NCBI GenBank assembly: GCA_910587075.1
Contig: CAJUKE010000011.1
Coordinates: forward strand, 5,071 to 69,070
DNA: 64,000 bases
Direction: 5' to 3'
Origin: an uncultured Muribaculaceae bacterium
GTDB taxonomy: Bacteria; Bacteroidota; Bacteroidia; Bacteroidales; Muribaculaceae
The notes under the pieces are model-generated. The model ran no database searches, was not told the DNA's origin, and saw only the letters and a list, made by a program, of their open reading frames with translations. A program made the position numbers and the translations under genes. Below are positions 61,005 to 64,000 of the stretch, one piece after another. Position 1 is the first letter of the stretch; each line of letters starts with the position of its first letter.

Positions 61005-62624
61005 ATGGAGAAAACGCTTTACAAATTGGTGATCGCGCTGTGTGTTTTTAGCTCGACACATGCCACGGGCAAGCCGATAAACGCCGAACAGGCTTTGGAA
61101 CGCTCATTGGTTGAGCTGACTTCGGTGACACACACCAATGCCGATCCTTCGCGGATGAAGCTGGTCGGACTGCGAGAATATAACGAAGTTACAACTCTTT
61201 ATATTTTCTCCTCCCCCTCGATGTTTGTAATAGCGTCGGCCGACGACAACGCGCCCGGATTATTGGCCTACTCACTCGACGGTGGCTTCTCACAGGAAAC
61301 ACCTACGTCGATGGAATGGTGGATGGAGCAATATTCCCAATGCGTCGCGACGGCCGATATTTCATCAAAAGCAGCCGGCGATGCTACCCGGCGCCCCATA
61401 CCACCCTTGATCACCTCTGAATGGGACCAGTGCGCCCCTTACAACAATTTGATTCCGCGCCATAACGGGAACACACCTTACACCGGGTGCGTGGCCACCG
61501 CGATGGCTCAAATCACGCGCTACCACAAATGGCCCGACAAAGGCGAGGGCGCGATTCAGTGGACTTGCGACCGGGACTACGCCGCCCACGACCATATCTT
61601 TAATTTTGAGGACGCTCAATTCGATTGGGATAATATGATCGACAGATACGATGAGAGCGCGACGCCCGAACAAGAAAACGCGGTAGCCGAGTTGATGCAC
61701 GCTTGCGGTGCGGCGGCGGAAATGCAATATGGCTACGGCGCGAGCGGCTCTTTCCTCTACTTGGCGGCCAGCGGAATGATTGCGCACCTTAAATACGATC
61801 GCGGGATGGAGTATTTGGAAAACAAATGGTTTGAAAGCCTTGATGAATGGGATAATATCTGTTACACGGAACTTGCCGAGGGGCGTCCAATCCTGTATGG
61901 CGGGGAAAATGACGAAAGGCATACCCGGCATGCGTTTGTGCTCGACGGGTACTCCGAGGAAGGCTTGTACCACATCAATTGGGGCTTCGGCGGGCAGAAC
62001 AACGGCTACTTCAAACTGGCCGACTTCTCCTATCCCGGAGGGAACTACCGCCTCAACCACGCTATGGTGATAGGCATTAAGCCATCAAGCGAGGCATCCT
62101 CATTTATCCCGGCAATCTCTATGGAAAGCCGGTTCAGAACGAAAGAGCCTCACTATACTCGCGATGCGGAAGTTGAAGTATGGTTTATGGGAGACTTCAG
62201 GAACGTATCGCTGACCGATTTTTGGTATTCGCATGGGGTTAAGTGCGTGCCCGCCGACGGCTCTCCCGCGTTTTATATCAGCTGCGAAAACGAGCAATGG
62301 CATCGTCCGCGCGCCCTGAATCGTTTCTATACCATCTCAGCCGACAATTTCCCGGTCGGGACATATGACGTTTACCCGGTTTTCAAGACTGAAGCCACGG
62401 AGTGGACACCCTGTTACCAAGATCGCGCCAATGCCGGGAGCGGCATTCGGTTCGAGGTAACCGAAACCGCCATCAACTCATCGACATCCTCTCTCGACGA
62501 CATCCCCGCCGACGACGCGGAAAACAATGCCTACTACGACCTATTCGGCAACAAAGTCACCCATCCACGGAACGGCATCTTCATCAAAGTCACAAACGGC
62601 ACCGCGACCAAAACCATCCTTTAA
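61005..62624 (+). CDS. C10 (streptopain-like) cysteine protease with propeptide and T9SS-type C-terminus
   Basis: Signal peptide; propeptide FVIASADD; WDQ, TGCVATAMAQ (Cys), HAFVLDG (His), HINWG; CTD-like YYDLFGNKV..GIFIK. Confidence 0.9.
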   Translation: MEKTLYKLVIALCVFSSTHATGKPINAEQALERSLVELTSVTHTNADPSRMKLVGLREYNEVTTLYIFSSPSMFVIASADDNAPGLLAYSLDGGFSQETPTSMEWWMEQYSQCVATADISSKAAGDATRRPIPPLITSEWDQCAPYNNLIPRHNGNTPYTGCVATAMAQITRYHKWPDKGEGAIQWTCDRDYAAHDHIFNFEDAQFDWDNMIDRYDESATPEQENAVAELMHACGAAAEMQYGYGASGSFLYLAASGMIAHLKYDRGMEYLENKWFESLDEWDNICYTELAEGRPILYGGENDERHTRHAFVLDGYSEEGLYHINWGFGGQNNGYFKLADFSYPGGNYRLNHAMVIGIKPSSEASSFIPAISMESRFRTKEPHYTRDAEVEVWFMGDFRNVSLTDFWYSHGVKCVPADGSPAFYISCENEQWHRPRALNRFYTISADNFPVGTYDVYPVFKTEATEWTPCYQDRANAGSGIRFEVTETAINSSTSSLDDIPADDAENNAYYDLFGNKVTHPRNGIFIKVTNGTATKTIL

Positions 62625-62894
62625 AGGCAACGCATCAGCCATCAAGCTGAGCTATATGTTTGGCTATCCCTGCTTTAGGGCATTCAAAAAAATCACGGCT
62701 GTTCCTTTTTTTTGCACACCAGGACATTTCATTGTTGTTGACTACGTCGAATCCTTCGGATTTCGTATATCCATAACGCAAAGATAGCAATAACAGTCTG
62801 GTTTAATGCTATTTCCAGCATTAACAATTATCATCGTGCGCCACCTAGAAGCCTTAGAGAACACTTAGGCTTATACTTGGGCTGTACTTATATC

Positions 62895-64000
62895 CTACTT
62901 AGGCTCTTTACTCAGGCTCAAATAATATGCAAGTGCCTTATCGCTCAATCTATATCGTTGATTAGGTGCATTTGGAGAATTAGGATATTCAAGCCACAGA
63001 GCTTCATCTTCCAATGCCTTGTGAAGATAATTTGCTCTAAAGTAGCGCATTGATTTATATCCACACATATTCATTATGTCATTTGCGCGTAGGATTCGTG
63101 TTCCAACAGCTAAGATTAGTTTTTCTACTTGGGCTGTACTTGGGCTGTACTTGGGCTGTTGTAAACCTTTACTTTCCTCTACTGTGCCATTTTCAACGGC
63201 TGCCGTGACCTTATTTACTCCAACTTTATCCTTACTTACTCCTACTGTGTCATTTTCAGCGGCTACTGTGTCATTGGCAAAGCCGTTATGAGTCCATTTC
63301 GACATATCGGGGCGCTTGAATACTATGCGGACGAAATTTTCAGTGTTGAAATAACGGGGACGCTCCACACCCGTACGATCGCACTCGTCATACATAAGTG
63401 CAAGTCCACGCCCCCAGTGTTCGGTGGTGCCGGTGAGGTATAGAACATTGGCGATAATCTCATTTTGCGGCTGGGAGGTGTTTTTCTTGTTTTCCTCCTC
63501 GCTCCATTCAAGCTCGTTGGGATTGATGTCCGCCGGGAAACGTCCCGGGTTTTCAATCTCCACACGGTCGTCATATATAGCTATATTCACTTGAAGGTTG
63601 TCAAATTGCCAAGCCCTGTGGGTGAAGGCATTAAGGCAAGCCTCTCTCAACGCGTTTGACGGCACTTCAAGTTCTTCCTTGCGACGTATGCGGTGATGGG
63701 TGGTGCCCGTCAACGAAAGATGCTTGAAGAAGAACGTCATCGCAGCATCCATAAGTTCAAAGATATTTCCCGCCACCCACTGGTTATCAAGAAAATCCAC
63801 TTTCTTAACACCCTTGAACCGCGCCATGCGTAGCGAACACTGAGGATACTCGTGGCGCATATCTTTACCGAACAATATGGCGGCAGCATTACGCAGCCCC
63901 TCGTCAGTCATCAGATTCAGGCGGCGTAAGGCAGTCACGGTATCATCGCGCAGTGCCAGCCCGGTAAGGCGATTCTCATTGACAGCGGCATAAATCATCT
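62895..64000 (-). CDS. ATP-binding 'RecG C-terminal' (HATPase_c_4-like) protein with C-terminal wHTH; N-terminus beyond the window
   Basis: NAAAILFG, ALREACLNAFTHR, DDRVEIENPG, NEIIANV, EHWGRG; C-terminal LEYPNSPNAPNQRYRL. Confidence 0.8.
   Translation of the reverse strand, partial: MIYAAVNENRLTGLALRDDTVTALRRLNLMTDEGLRNAAAILFGKDMRHEYPQCSLRMARFKGVKKVDFLDNQWVAGNIFELMDAAMTFFFKHLSLTGTTHHRIRRKEELEVPSNALREACLNAFTHRAWQFDNLQVNIAIYDDRVEIENPGRFPADINPNELEWSEEENKKNTSQPQNEIIANVLYLTGTTEHWGRGLALMYDECDRTGVERPRYFNTENFVRIVFKRPDMSKWTHNGFANDTVAAENDTVGVSKDKVGVNKVTAAVENGTVEESKGLQQPKYSPSTAQVEKLILAVGTRILRANDIMNMCGYKSMRYFRANYLHKALEDEALWLEYPNSPNAPNQRYRLSDKALAYYLSLSKEPK

Noticed and set aside
62640..62786. Minus-strand TATCTTTG motif followed by tiny ORFs (10 and 22 aa)
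   Set aside because: Too short, with no recognisable features; possibly a gene remnant but not supportable.

Overview
A GC-rich Bacteroidales chromosomal segment, probably Muribaculaceae-like, judged from gene content and the many TAnnTTTG promoter motifs. Most of it is core envelope and housekeeping genes: T9SS parts (porU 3' part, porW/sprE), tatAC, tamB/tamA, holA, serCA, queA, rpsF-rpsR-rplI, parAB, tandem rhomboids, dcp, a PPIase, a SusC/SusD/lipoprotein locus facing a secreted S8 protease, and tRNA-Pro(CGG). After the tRNA the DNA turns AT-richer and carries a C10 protease and a RecG-C/wHTH-type gene. The most unusual items are: (i) a non-canonical tRNA-like RNA gene with its own promoter and terminator (49705-49784); (ii) a HUH/Y1 (RAYT-like) transposase fused to a DprA/SMF-like domain, next to a perfect 21-bp-arm palindrome; (iii) a 221-bp nested REP/REPIN-like palindrome; (iv) a stand-alone sRNA candidate upstream of rpsF; (v) 11-bp repeats inside and just after the wHTH gene. 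All calls come from reading motifs by eye; no searches were run.
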